Positions 51,882 to 64,000 of a DNA stretch of 64,000 bases are shown here, piece after piece (position 1 is the stretch's first letter; each line of letters starts with the position of its first letter). Source of the stretch: Schizochytrium sp. TIO01 (taxonomy: Eukaryota > Protista > Bigyra: Labyrinthulomycetes). The notes under the pieces were generated by a model. The model was not told the origin of the DNA, made no database searches, and worked only from the letters and a program-made list of their open reading frames with translations. The stretch is from assembly GCA_004764695.1 (NCBI GenBank), contig SMSO01000014.1:3467648-3531647 (forward strand). The letters are read 5' to 3'. The translations under genes and the position numbers were made by a program.

Positions 51882-54878
51882 TCATTCAGAATCAGATGAA
51901 AGCCTGTCGCGATATAGATTTTCTTTCTCTACAACTTCATCAAATGTCGGGAGCTCCATTAAACGTGGATAAATATGAGTGACATCCTGGAATTGAGTTT
52001 GTACGGTGTCTCCAACAATAATGTACTTGGAACGGGTAATGATAGGATCTCCCTTAAATGTGCGGCCGAATGACTGCCAAATTAGCTCACCATCGCGCAT
52101 CAGTGTTGGAATAACATAGGCAACAACCATCCAGAACTGCAGTGGATGTAGGTAGTGAAACGGTGGACCGCCTGAAATCTGACCCTTCAAAATTGATTGT
52201 GCAGTACGATCAGATGAGGTATACATAAATGTGTTTAGACAAAACACATTACAACCCGTCGGCAAGTTGGGGATAAGCCCCGCATCTGGCAGTAAAAATG
52301 ATTTCTCAAAACGAGGATCTTGAATGTTAACTGGAAGGCCAATAACTCGCTTATCGAATATTTTCTCCGTATGCGACAAATTTGTAATACTCATCAGGCT
52401 CAAGAAGTGATGCGGGCGAAAGTATTTTGTCATCACAATAAGTCCTGAAGCTCGTAAGGTTTGTGGGTGCACATCATCAGTCAAAATACAGGTGACGTTA
52501 TCTATAGTGGGCTCATGATCACCATCATAATCGTCCCAAAACTCGTCTAGAGAAATACCCATACGCTCCATAGCCATGAATAATAGATGTGGAATGCGCG
52601 ACCAAGCTGAACGATTCGCTTGAACAGTTTCTTTGATAAGTTCCTCGCGTGTGGCACCAGTAATGTTAGACGAAATTGTTTCAAATTGGGGGCGTTTTCG
52701 CTTTGGCTCAATAGCACTCGCGTCTGAGGAGGACTGTTCCGATGATGTAGCAGATGGGCTATCAACTGGGCCAGGGTACAGCTGCTGCAAGGGGGTGGCG
52801 AAAGGCCGCGGCACAGGCTGAACTTGGTTACTTGATGATGAAGATGATGATGCTGATGAGGATGTTGATGAAAGTGGTCGTGGAGGCGTCACCCCAGGAG
52901 GGGTTGAGATTGATGGTAATTGTGCCGGTGCCGGTGCAACGTACATGGGGGCTGTACCACTACCTGAAATGTGTGAATAAGGGGGCATCGTCAGCCTAGA
53001 ATGATTTATGCTAGCAGGCCCAAAACCTAGATAACTTGGCCCACACGAAACTCGTGCTGCAGATGCACCTTCCGTGCTAGCCCTTTCTCCATCGTTTATC
53101 GCATTGCCTGCACGCTGGGATGTTTGGGATTGTTTGTTTTGTTGTTGATGGAATAAAGGAGTTTGACTCGGAAGATTGGGAAGTTGCGCCAGACCGTGTG
53201 GCTCCTGTACTTCCAGATTGAGAAGAAGATAAGGGGGGCGATGGGCCTAAAGACAGAGACGCAGTCTGTACATGCTCCTCAGGTTTGAAAGATTGTGAAT
53301 GTGGCGGCCGCAGCGGGTGCGAAGAACTACGTTGTGAGCTTCTCTTTAGTTTGCGTAAGTGGACTGGCAACGCCTGATCTTCGTGATAGCCATTTCCACG
53401 AAATCCTTGTTGACCAATATTGATAGGGTCACCTCTTGATGTTGTGCGGTCCACAAAACAAGGCCATACGACTTGTCTCCGAAGCTCAATCAGTACTGCA
53501 GCTTCAACTTCTTGCGTAAAAGGCTTCCGTCCATCAGTACCCGTACAGTGGGCAGTGATTGTCTTTCGAAATGATTCTTCAGGCTTTTTTAGAGGGCGCT
53601 GTCGCGTTAAAAGCCACCTGTCAAAACATCCTTTGCTGAGTATTCCTGATGCATCCACACGAGTCTCCTTAGTATCTGGATGTTGGTAAAATTTACAAAA
53701 GTCCATAAATACATCAAGCGAGCTATTCTCTCCACTTGGGTGATATGGAGTTTGGATTCGATCCCAACCCGAATTTTGTAAATCAGAACCATATGCATTT
53801 AAACCAAACGAATTATTGCTTTGGCTGGCTCTGCTATCGATGTTGTTTCTACCATTCATGGAACTCTCGGCGGAGTAATCACTAAAGTTTGGCCGATGCA
53901 ATGCGCCCTCTTCGGTGGTAGCCTGGCTGTCATGAAGTGGGTTTTGAGATGTGATCAGGTTGGGGTTGCTTGTGGAATACAACATGGGTGCATTTTGCAA
54001 TGAATTTCCTGCTGATACTGCAGATCCCAACTGTACATGTTGTATATTTGAAGATCGAAACCGTTGAGAGTCTTCATTCAGTATGTGTCTTCCAATAGGG
54101 TCCATCGTATTTGACCCTGGGTTTGATGATGTCCCCGCCGAATATGACGGATCTAAGTCAAAAACATTATCAAACTCCGCTAAATCACCCGAAGCGTAAC
54201 TTACATGACCTCCTGAGTTGAGCCTTGTGGAATTCATTGAAGTGCTTTGTGCACTTGATGTTGTCGATGAGAAAGAGGGCTCTTCACTGAGATTAAAAGA
54301 GTATCCTGAATTTCCATGGCATATTGCACGGGGAGCGTTACCTGAGGCTGGCATAAATGAGGGATACGACTGCTGTGAATTGCTATAACTAGTATATGGC
54401 GCTGACGTAGTTTGGGCGTATGAGACGGACTCAAACCCCTCGCGCATACGTGGTTGGGAGGGTGGCTCTTCACGAGTACTGTTTGCGTGTGTTCTACCTA
54501 CAGTAGACGATGCTCGAGGTTGGGAAACAGAGCTGTCATTTGACGAGCAGCTAACCCACGTTGGGATTGCCAAGGCCCACCTGGCAAACTTACACGAACC
54601 CCGGTACTACTTGGGGCTCGTGGCGCATGTATCTGTAAACTGTCTGTACCAGTTGATGATATTATTCCGACATTGTCGTCTAAGCTATTTTGGTTTGAGT
54701 GAAGTTCAAATTCACTTCTCCTTGGGCTCATATTGCTATTATTTCGCTGAATACTTTCTACTTGTGAGTCGCGCTGTTGCTCAATCCTTGTGGTGGAATA
54801 ATGTTGTTGTTGCTGATCTCCTTGATTTGCCCTGTTCAGCCTAGATGGGGCACCTGGCCCTAATGCTTGCCAGTCCAT
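51882..54878 (-). CDS. Putative transcription regulator: low-complexity N-terminus + compact basic domain + C-terminal PAS-like domain; spread over three frames
   Basis: Three same-strand ORFs whose open frames overlap at about 54498-54606 and 53077-53247. S/Q/P-rich disorder flanks one globular basic domain (53380-53715). The end has PAS-like LHP...G..I...QDVT motifs. The coding nature is fairly clear; the exon structure and function are inferred. Confidence 0.6.
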
Positions 54879-55296
54879 CGAACGGTTCACTAGTTGTTCG
54901 TTCTGATAATAACGCGATACGTAGACGCCGGTGTCACAACACTTTGCTTGTCGAATTTGTCCACGTCACTGTATTTGCTAGCCTGCTTTTGTGTCTCTGA
55001 TTCTCTTCGAAATCGTGTGAGAGTATAGGATTGATTGATTTATCTACTGCTCACGTGCAAAATCAGCACACTGGACAACTAAACCTTCCCCGTTTTGCCG
55101 AGCCAAATAAGCGATGGAATGGTTAACTTTATCAAGTTTTTCCAAAGGGATTTTGCTCTTTGTGTAACGCTTGTACACTAAGTCTATCTCGACTACGTGC
55201 AACCTCTGTAAAGAAGGGGACCTTCCTTAACCGAAGCCACCGTGGGTCTCGCTTTTTCCTTCTAATTTGTATTATCTCTTTTCCTTTTACACAACG

Positions 55297-55300
<4 letters not shown>

Positions 55301-55337
<37 letters not shown>

Positions 55338-55338
55338 G
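55301..55338 (+). repeat. (AGAC)9 microsatellite
   Basis: Directly visible. Confidence 0.95.
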
Positions 55339-56297
55339 CAATAACTCGAGTAAGGAGATGAATGAATCAGTCACTTGGTGAGTGTATGGCAATTGAGGGA
55401 TATGCTGATATGCTGATAAGATGAATCGACAAAGTTTGATAGTTCGAAGTTTGGTGCGCGAACCTGTATACCTGACTTTTTTAACCTTCTCAAACGTATT
55501 ATTGTTTTGTTTACAGAAGAAAAATTAGAATCGAAAGAACGACTTGAAAAAAAAAAAAGGTACGAGAGAATGAGAGTGTGCGTAAAAGAGAGAGAAAACA
55601 ATAAACAAGGAGTACAACGAAACGAGACGAGCAGCTCTTCTGGTGACGTGAATGTACGCAGCCTTGCCTGCTTTCAGATTGAACTTCGAGCTTACTGTGC
55701 GTCTGAGCGTCTGTCTGGCTGCTGTGCACCTTCTGGGAGACCTAGTTATCTGTTTGGAAGTCTTTGGTGTTGTCTTTGTCTTTTCGTGTTTGACTTGGGC
55801 GTCTCCAAGATCCTGTTTACGGATGGCCAATGCCTCGACACCAGTAAGCCCTTCAACACTGATGGCCCCTACGAAGATACCTTCGAAGTAAGTCCGCAAG
55901 TCCTTTCGCTGCGCGAGCAGCGCTGTCTCCGTACGGTCTCGACTCGCAAGGTGCTCGTGCTGAGCCTTTCCGCGTCTCGTCTAATGCTACGCCTTGTATA
56001 TTTCCTCCAGGTCTCTAGAATTTCAAACTCCACTGAGACGGTCGGTGACTTTGCCCAAGAAGGGCGGCCCTGGCGCCGAGGCCAGACTGGCGAGAGCTTA
56101 TGCTCTCCCTGGATGCTCCTTGCCAGCCTCTGCCAGCCGCCCTGCCGCGTCTTCGCGCTGCTCTTTGCTCCACTACTTCTCGCTTTGGGCTTTCCTTCAA
56201 GTTGTTTTCTGTTTTCTTTGTCTGTTTTGATGTTTTTGTTTTGATACTATCGCTGTCTTTTTTCTTTTGCTTTGTCCTAATATTTCCCTTAATGCAT

Positions 56298-56372
56298 ATT
56301 GCTATTGCGATTGCTATTGCGATTGCTATCGCGATTGCTATTGCGATTGCTATTGTGATTGCTGTTGCGATT
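56298..56372 (+). repeat. 12-bp tandem repeat (ATTGCTATTGCG) x~6
   Basis: Directly visible. It creates the spurious poly-IA run in ORF 56100..56600. Confidence 0.93.
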
Positions 56373-59140
56373 ATTTTTGTTTTGCTGCGAGTACCTAGTT
56401 TTGCTACTTGCTATTCTTGGTTAGCGCTATGCTCGATTCCTCGTTCCCTTTTTGCCGTGCGAACTTGGCTTTCAAACTTGGTCTTCTTCTTTCGTTTCGT
56501 GCTTCTCTCACTTCGGCTGAGCTTTAAGATGATGCGCTTTTCTGCTTCTGAGACGCTCACTGTTCTTTCTTCCATCCAGCTCAAAGACACCAAAATTTAA
56601 ATTTATAGCCTGTTATAGTACTATCTATATAGGACTAAGTTGCAAAAGAACATTTTAAAAAAAAAAGAGGAAGGAAGGAAGGCAGGAAGAACCATTTGTT
56701 TAAAAAATAAAATAAAAATAACTGTTTTAAAGTTAAACAAAAAGTAAATTGAACACTAATAACTTTCATCTTTTTTCTTCATCTTCATCTTCTCGAAATG
56801 CTGTGCTGCGTGTCCTGAATTCTACTAAAAAGACGAAATTGATCTCAAGACCGAGACGCGAGAAATCGTGTGGGCATAGATGCCTGCTACATGCATGGAT
56901 AAAAGCTCATAAAAATCTAAATGTACCTACCCACGCCGAGACAACGCATTTGGCTGAATTGAATGTTGAATTGGCCTCTTTCGCCGCTATTCTTCTCAAT
57001 CAGTTCTATTATCATGAAGTTCCATATTTCTGACACACAATATTAGTATTATTATATCTGTTTTGGATAGGTTTTGAAGTTTGTGTGGTGGTAAGCATTG
57101 CTTCGTAGACATTGCTCGTAATGCTGCTTCTTTTCTTCAGGAAACTCTATCATAATACCTTTCAAATAGGGTAGTTTATATCTAAAACAGGTAATTTATA
57201 GTTAGGCCCACTTCAGTTCAATCTTGCTTCTGTGTGGTGAGGCTGCTTCGAGCTCTCTCCTCAACGAATGGAAGCACCTTCAATCCTCTCTTTACGCTTT
57301 TGTTCGCTTTCATACGGGCTCCCAATAGCAATTATTTTGGCTTGAGGTTTTCACCATAATTGCTGAAAGGTTTTAACTTATTGCCTCAGACCCGAGAGAT
57401 TGCCACCTACCACTATCTGCGAGCTCGATGAGTTTATTCCAAAGAATGGGTTGATTTGGCTGTCTGCTGCGTTCGATTTGCTTAGAAAAAGCAGCTTTAA
57501 TGGTTAAGAACGAAGTGGGCGATCGAGCGACCGAGTGAGTGAGTGGGGGAGCGGGGGAGTGGGGGAGTAGTTAGTTACCTGAATGAAATGGTTGAGTAAG
57601 TAAGCAAAAGAATGAGAGTCCCAATGCCGAAATACTTTAATTGTAAAAAAGCCTTCTCTTCCTTGATTCCCTTAAATAAAAGTTCCTTTCCTTCGGTCCC
57701 TTCTTTCCTCTCATGGCTAAAGTTATTTTGTTCTGTGGCTTCCAATGATATTTCCAATGTTGTCCATAGAAAATTTCAATTTGTTTTTAATGTAATTATT
57801 AATTTAAAAGAATATAATTTAGTCAATAAGTAAGTAAGTGGGTAAGCAAATAAATAAATAAAATAAAATTAAAGAATGTTTTCTTCTGTGGTTTGCGCTG
57901 TTGATTCCTTGGCTTTGTTAATCAATGATACCTTGAGAGAACCCCTTGCTATCTTTCTTTCCTGCCCTAATTTAAAGAAAACCGCATCCCCCCCACAGAC
58001 CCTCCACGTCCAGGTTACCTGTCTAGAAAGCCTCAATGCTTCTATTCTAGATTCCCAATCTCATTATCCTTCTCATTCTTGATATCTCCGCTTTACCTTA
58101 TCTTGATACTTCTTGTCTTCACTTTCAAATGACTAAAAAAAAGAGTTATTATTTTAAAATTAAAAAAACTAGATGACATACATAAAAGCGGTGGTGAGCA
58201 GCGAGCAAAACCACGTATAGCTTCGGTGCAATTCTTTCTCATGAATCAATCAATGCTTTCATTATAACGGAGGTTCTCCGCGACAGGGTATATATGGTGG
58301 ATAGCCTTCATGTCCATGCCTCTTGTATTTTGTTTTTTCATCTTGCTGGTACCTACTCATTTTTCGTTTTACAAGAAAACTTATGTGGGTGAGAGGCTCA
58401 AACAGATTATAAGTGCCTTTGCAATTATATCTTCGCCTCCGCTGCTAGTTGCAGAGGTCTATTATCGATCATGATGAATCAACTCAGTGTTGTGTGTAGA
58501 ATATCTAGTCTCTAATTCAAAACGACTTTTTGTTTATGTCTTATGGTGGCCAGAACAATTTTTATAATAAAGTTATTACTATTAAAGGCAATTAAAAGGG
58601 AACAACTTTAGATGAGAAACACTCCAACCCTTGCAAATGAAGTCTAGTTGATCGACAGCGACAGAACCAACAATTGCAGAACCACACGTCCGTCACCCAC
58701 TCGCTGGTGTGGACGGTTAGTTTGTTGATTGCTTAGTGCCAGCTGTATAGCTCAGCAGAGTCGAGGCATCGCCCTCGAGTTCGTCATTAGTAAGCAACGC
58801 CTATTCCGCTGACGAGACTGCATCATCGCTGAGTTATGCGAGCCAATGTTGACGAGCCGTGAGGTTTACAAAATATTCCGTTCCCTCTAAAGGTAATGAA
58901 ACCTCTCATGTTTCCTCCCTTTATTCCTTTTTATCTTATGTTTTAAAGTTAATGTTACTATGCTACTATTCTACATAGTAAAAATAATCATATTAAAAAC
59001 AAAATGCGGAGAAATAGGATTAACAGTTTAAAATGTTAGCAGAACAAGGTTTCCTGAATTCTATTTTCCCAGACCCCTCCTGTGCTGACCTTTATACTGT
59101 TAAGAAAGCCGAAGTTTTCGCAAGAGCCGTGTTCGATGTT

Positions 59141-59162
59141 CTAGCTAGCTAGCTAGCTAGCT
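59141..59162. repeat. Self-complementary (CTAG)5 microsatellite
   Basis: Directly visible. Shorter CTAG runs occur near 10937 and 62703. Confidence 0.9.
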
Positions 59163-62023
59163 CTCATGGCTCCCTCTTTGTTGATATTATGGCAAGACTT
59201 GCAGAGGTCGGCGTGACCAACCTCCGACGTGGCGCTTGCCAATCTAGCTAGAAACAAAGCACCCAGAACTTTTGGAATTTACGGTACCACCTAGTGGTTC
59301 CATTAAGGCCTCTTGGTAGGTAGTAGGAGGAGGTCTTTTGCTATTTGTACTACAATGTGTCATTCGTTCTAAATTTCCTGACTAAAGAAGATTAGATACT
59401 ACGTACCTACCTGTACGAAATATTATTATTTCTTATAAGAAAGAGTTTTGGGCAAAATGCACTTTAATTGTTATTTCTGTTACTAGGTAGTATCCTAAGC
59501 TTCCTTTTTCAACTCTTTTTAATTTCTATTTCCACAACAGTCTTTAAAATATCATGAAAAACGCATTTCTTACAGGGAGGAGTTTGCCAATAATAATAAG
59601 AATAAGAATAATAATACAGATAAACAAGAACACGTGTCTCAATCTGGGTGAACCAGACTGACCTCGCCCAGCCAACATGAATTTAGGTTGGTGTGAAAAT
59701 GATGATAGCTTTAGAATCCAATTCAACTCCGACGCAAGCAAGAGAAAGCTTTCATGAAGTGTCCATTTTCACGACTGCGCTGATTCGTGTTTTCTTTAAA
59801 GTTGGTGCGACTGATATTGCTGATATTGCCTCAGGCTACCACAAAATTTGACTTTTATTCCGCGAAGTCGAATATTTCGAGACCAAGTGGTTCGAATAAT
59901 CATTCATCACAAACCGAGCTCTAAATGACTATTCTTCAGAGAAGAAACACATCATGAGGTTTCTGTAGGCTTCATCGGCTCCAACGGTGCCCACGCAGCC
60001 GACGAAAGTAATGACATGATCAAATAACGAAGACTCTTTAAGCATTTTTCTCAAATTGGCAGCTGACTACTTTGTGCAAGCTTGATAAATATCCTCGGAT
60101 CCGTCTCGCGAGAAATATGGTCGGCAGATGTTGCAGAAAGTCGCCACTCCTGGAGAGTGGAATCGAGCTTCGAGACGTTTGGGGAAATAGAGACTTTGAG
60201 CTCCGAAGCCTACGGATTATGAACTGCCCTATGTTGGACATAACTTGATATATCCTTGTAAGCTCTAAATTCAGTTTTTTTTGTTTCTTCTGTGAGCGTT
60301 ACTCAAAAGTTAGCTCTAAACTTGAAATAGCGCAAGTACGTGGTAAATCTCTGATGAAACCTAAACTCTAAGAATACTTAGGGTACAATCTGATTACCAC
60401 AGGGAGACGAATCATCGCCTCAGGAATGATCGTAGTCACGAATAATTTATACATTTCGAAGAAGCCTCCCTTTGCGCCACAGTCTTGATGCCTACTAAGT
60501 AAGGCACTTCGTCAACAGACCAACGACGGTCATGAAACACATTATCACATAGGATGAGGCTTGAGTTTCATATACATCTTTAAATGCTATAAATGCAAAA
60601 AAAACTAAGAGCTATAAGTCCGAAAGCCGTGTTGATCTTTATGCAGTTAAGACCGGTTCTTACGAGATGTAAATGCTTGTGCAGTCCTGCGTCACAGAAA
60701 ACCTTTAGGTCAGCATCGTTGTAAGGATACTAGTTGAACCCGCTTCACGAGTTTGGTTCTCTGTTTAGTATGCTACCTCTGATTTTTTTTTCTTCTTTGG
60801 AGAGTACAAACAAGTTTTATTCTTTACCTTGTTGACCAGATAATCATGTTCTCTCTAAATCGTGAGTTTTATGGTACGCCCACTCTCCGACCTGGGCACC
60901 ATGCTATTTGGGTGTCCGAGTCACTTCTTTGGGAGTTCGTTCGATCTGCCATTTTAATCAGGATACTGAGAATCGCATGTCTATTATTTTATCAATGGTG
61001 CTCGAGTCCCTCTTTGAACAAATTAATTTGGTGACATGAAAGTCATTCATACTCATATCGCGTAGCATTATCGTATTTAGTCTGTTCTTATTTGTTTTTG
61101 CTACTAAAAGTTTCCTTTGTTGATTATTGTTTAGATAATAGATAACAAACGCAAATTAAAATTTTAAATTTTAAAAAGGACAAATAGGAGTGATATTGAG
61201 AAATAAAATATTAAACTTGAAGGTCAAAGAACGTGAAAGCATCAAATTCTAAAATTTAGCAATTGGCTTCAAACTGAGCATAGCAATCAATAATATATTG
61301 AGAGATAGAGGGACAGATGAGTTTGAACGTATTGAAACAAAGGCATTAGTTTTACTTTCCGTTTTCTTGGCACATACTCTGAACCTGAACTGCTGATAAG
61401 ATCCTTACTGTGATCTGTCCTTTGCTGTCTATTTCGCTCATTTTCGATCAGCCTGCACTGCAGTAGGTTTGTCCTATTATGAAGAAACTTGAATCACCAG
61501 TGACCAACTTGATGAAAGAAAGCAGAACACTGAAAAGGACCTCAAACTAACTATGAATTCAACAAGAAGCTCGCACTGATCCCGCGAGGGCCATGCCGAC
61601 CCCCCCTCGGTGCGGCTTTTCCCTTTCGCGTTCCTCTGTGGACACCGAGGAATCGCGTCCGAGCCTTGATGGAAACAGCCAAACTAGAAACTCAGGCTCC
61701 AACAAAGAACTCGGAGAACGTTTTGATTGAGCAAGTCGACAAGAACTCGAATTGAAACCCGGCCAATCGAAACGAAGTCTTTAAAAGTTGTCATAAAATT
61801 GATGGTGGTTTTTAAGCCCATCTAATAAATTAAACAAAAAAAAAAACATGAATCACACAGAGCCATCAAACTCGACGGGTTGGCTGAAGAAAGCCTTTCT
61901 GCTGCTGCTGTCAAGTTGTCGGAACTGCACTTAAGAACTTGCAACAGATCGCGCTTGCGACAGACAGACCTCCAGCAGCGACCTTGTTTGTTTCCCGTCA
62001 GAGAACTTGATCATCTCGACCCC

Positions 62024-62076
62024 CAAGCAAGCAAGCAAGCAAGCAAGCCTTCAAGCAAGCAAGCAAGCAAGCCTTC
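62024..62076 (+). repeat. (CAAG)n microsatellite in two blocks, each ending CCTTC
   Basis: Directly visible. Confidence 0.92.
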
Positions 62077-63263
62077 GAGGCCTCTCCGATAGCGTTGCTC
62101 CCGCAAGCCTCGACAATGAGCTCCTGAGACCGAGCTTTCATTCATTCAGTCAGCCACCAAAACAAAACAAAACAAACAAAGCACAATCCAAAGCAGTGCG
62201 TACGAGTACGCACGAACTCACTGTTCTTTGGTCAGTGCTATGTATGAATGACATCAGTAGGAAGTACCTAATCAGGGCGTCTGTTGGGATTTTCTATGGC
62301 GAAGAATGGGAATAGGGTATCGATGACTGACTGACTGATGCAAGGAGGGAATAAGATGATGCCAATGCCCTATCCATCGATGATGGCGGTGGTGGCGACG
62401 TTCGCGAGGATGACGCATATACATGCATGCACGCATACCTACCCAGAGTGCTGCATTTGCATCGATTGTAACGAAGGAGAGCGTGGCCATCTCCAAGTTG
62501 CAATTCGCGAACCCAAGAATGCGTGCGCTGAGAACCACAGAAGGCACGACGAGTCTGCGCATGAGTGAGTCTGTCTCTAGCTAGAGGAATGAATGCCAGG
62601 CAGGTTGGTAACTTCGTACGTGCCTGATGGTGCTCCATTGGGTCTTCTTCTGGCGATGCACATACGTACGTCTGCTGATGAATGCTGCCTGCGAAGATGC
62701 CTCTAGCTAGAGCTAGCTAGCTCGAGAAGTGTCGCTTGTGGTACGTATGCTTTCGTGTTTGCCACCAAGACCACTCGTCCCCGGCAATCCAAGAACCAAC
62801 GCATGCGTAGAGGCAGACTCTTGCCAGTCAGACGAGGTTTCGACCATACATATTTTCATCCATCTGCTTCCGGAGCGAACAGTCTGCTACATCCAAGTCG
62901 CCGTCAGGTGCTTCGAGTTCTCTTGGTTTCCCTGATCAGCTTCCCGTAGGTACAGACAGGTACATGGCGTACTTCGACAGAGAAGGACCTCGCAGAGTAG
63001 TAGAAGGAATGGGCACTTTGCCAGCTAACTGACTATGATAGCTATAGGAGGCGAACTTGACTTGATCAACTCGAAGCTCGCACGCCTATCGAGTCTTACG
63101 TCACCTCGAGTTATCTTGCGTCATCACAATCTAATGCATGAGATTTTGATTGAGAGTCATGATTATTTTCTGACTGCTAGGCTTAGATGCCTACTTTTAT
63201 TCATTAATTTAATTCGTGTTTCGGCACATATATAGTTTTTAAAATTATATATTTTTTTAATTA

Positions 63264-63298
63264 CTTTAACTTTTAACTTTTAACTTTTAACTTTTAAC
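63264..63298 (+). repeat. (TTTTAAC)4-5 heptamer tandem repeat
   Basis: Directly visible. Confidence 0.9.
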
Positions 63299-64000
63299 AA
63301 AAACCAAAATAAAAAGCAGAAAACGGTGATAGACCCATAGTAGGGATATATTTTCATTTTTTCAGATGAACAAATTTAGATACGACACTGGCAAACCAAT
63401 CCAAGAGATAGGTACTAGTAGGTTCTCTCTTTATAGCTTAGTGCCTACCTGGTAGTAGCTATGCCTAGTAGATGCTACTAAATACTCCCTGTCTGTTTCA
63501 AGAGTGCTACCATGTGAGAGGAAAGAGCTCTTTGCGAATGAGACGGAGTTCTTTCTCAGTTCACCTGCACATTGCCACGAAAGCTGAGGCTTTATTCTGA
63601 AGCGAGGAGGTGACACAGTGGCAGACACAGACAAGGTGCTTTCGCGCACACAAGCCACTTTGGCGACTTCGAACTGGGGTGGCATTCAGCCTCAAGGTTC
63701 GATGGAGTCCGAGGTGGTTTCCAAACAGCTTGAGCTCCTGCTGAAGAATGCAACCTGCCTGCACGAAGTCCTCCTTGGCACCACAGAAAGAACGAAGGAA
63801 GTGAAGTGAGAAGCGCAGTGAAAGAGGCTGCTGGCGTTCTACTACTCCTTCTCGTCAAAAAGAGTCATCGTGAAGGCTCAACTAGCAAGCTGGTACTCAC
63901 CAAGGGCGTCTTGCACGCTGACTTGGGTGTGAGCTGCACCAAAATAGGCATCATCTAACGATGTTCGCCGTCAAAGTTCGCTGCCAAAGTTCGCTGTTAA

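Noticed and set aside
312-54473. Numerous short antisense or alternate-frame ORFs nested in the long genes
   Set aside because: These are shadow ORFs expected from the codon bias of the real CDSs.
55507-56600. ORFs of 245 aa and 166 aa on the + strand
   Set aside because: Non-ATG starts. They are built from poly-A/T tracts and the ATTGCT repeat (poly-IA) and have no domain.
62338-62568. 76-aa Cys/His-rich ORF (CCICIDC) as a metal-binding peptide
   Set aside because: The Cys and His arise from TGCA/CATA-type simple sequence, and the spacing fits no zinc-finger pattern I know.
63431-64000. Short ORFs and a minus-strand GTGAGT donor at the window end
   Set aside because: No recognisable product, and they cannot be assessed without flanking sequence.

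Overview
This is intron-poor eukaryotic nuclear DNA with GC-richer genes and AT-richer spacers. A CEP135/Bld10 gene, sparse GT-AG introns with ACTAAC-type branch points, and the gene repertoire suggest a flagellated protist, plausibly a labyrinthulomycete/thraustochytrid stramenopile. That placement is inference only. About 14 protein genes are supportable: cullin-3 (5'-truncated), a secreted CS/p23-domain protein ending NKEL, a 1185-aa coiled-coil protein, a Ubl-PH-RGS protein, CEP135, a 2-TM RVxF protein, ALG9 (2 exons), an internally duplicated multi-TM protein, aminopeptidase P, a PTEN-UBA-FH2 formin (split over two frames), a Slo/BK-type K+ channel (at least 2 exons), a TBL2-like WD40 protein, a severin/gelsolin, and a three-frame locus encoding a putative novel DNA-binding domain plus PAS-like domain. 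That last locus has about 9 kb of gene-free, microsatellite-rich DNA upstream. I saw no tRNA, rRNA, CRISPR array or transposase. The best candidates for undescribed biology are the DBD-PAS regulator, the FH1-less formin with WH2-like and CCDC53-like repeats, the ER-lumenal p23-like co-chaperone, and the channel's tandem splice acceptor. All domain calls were made by eye and none by database search.
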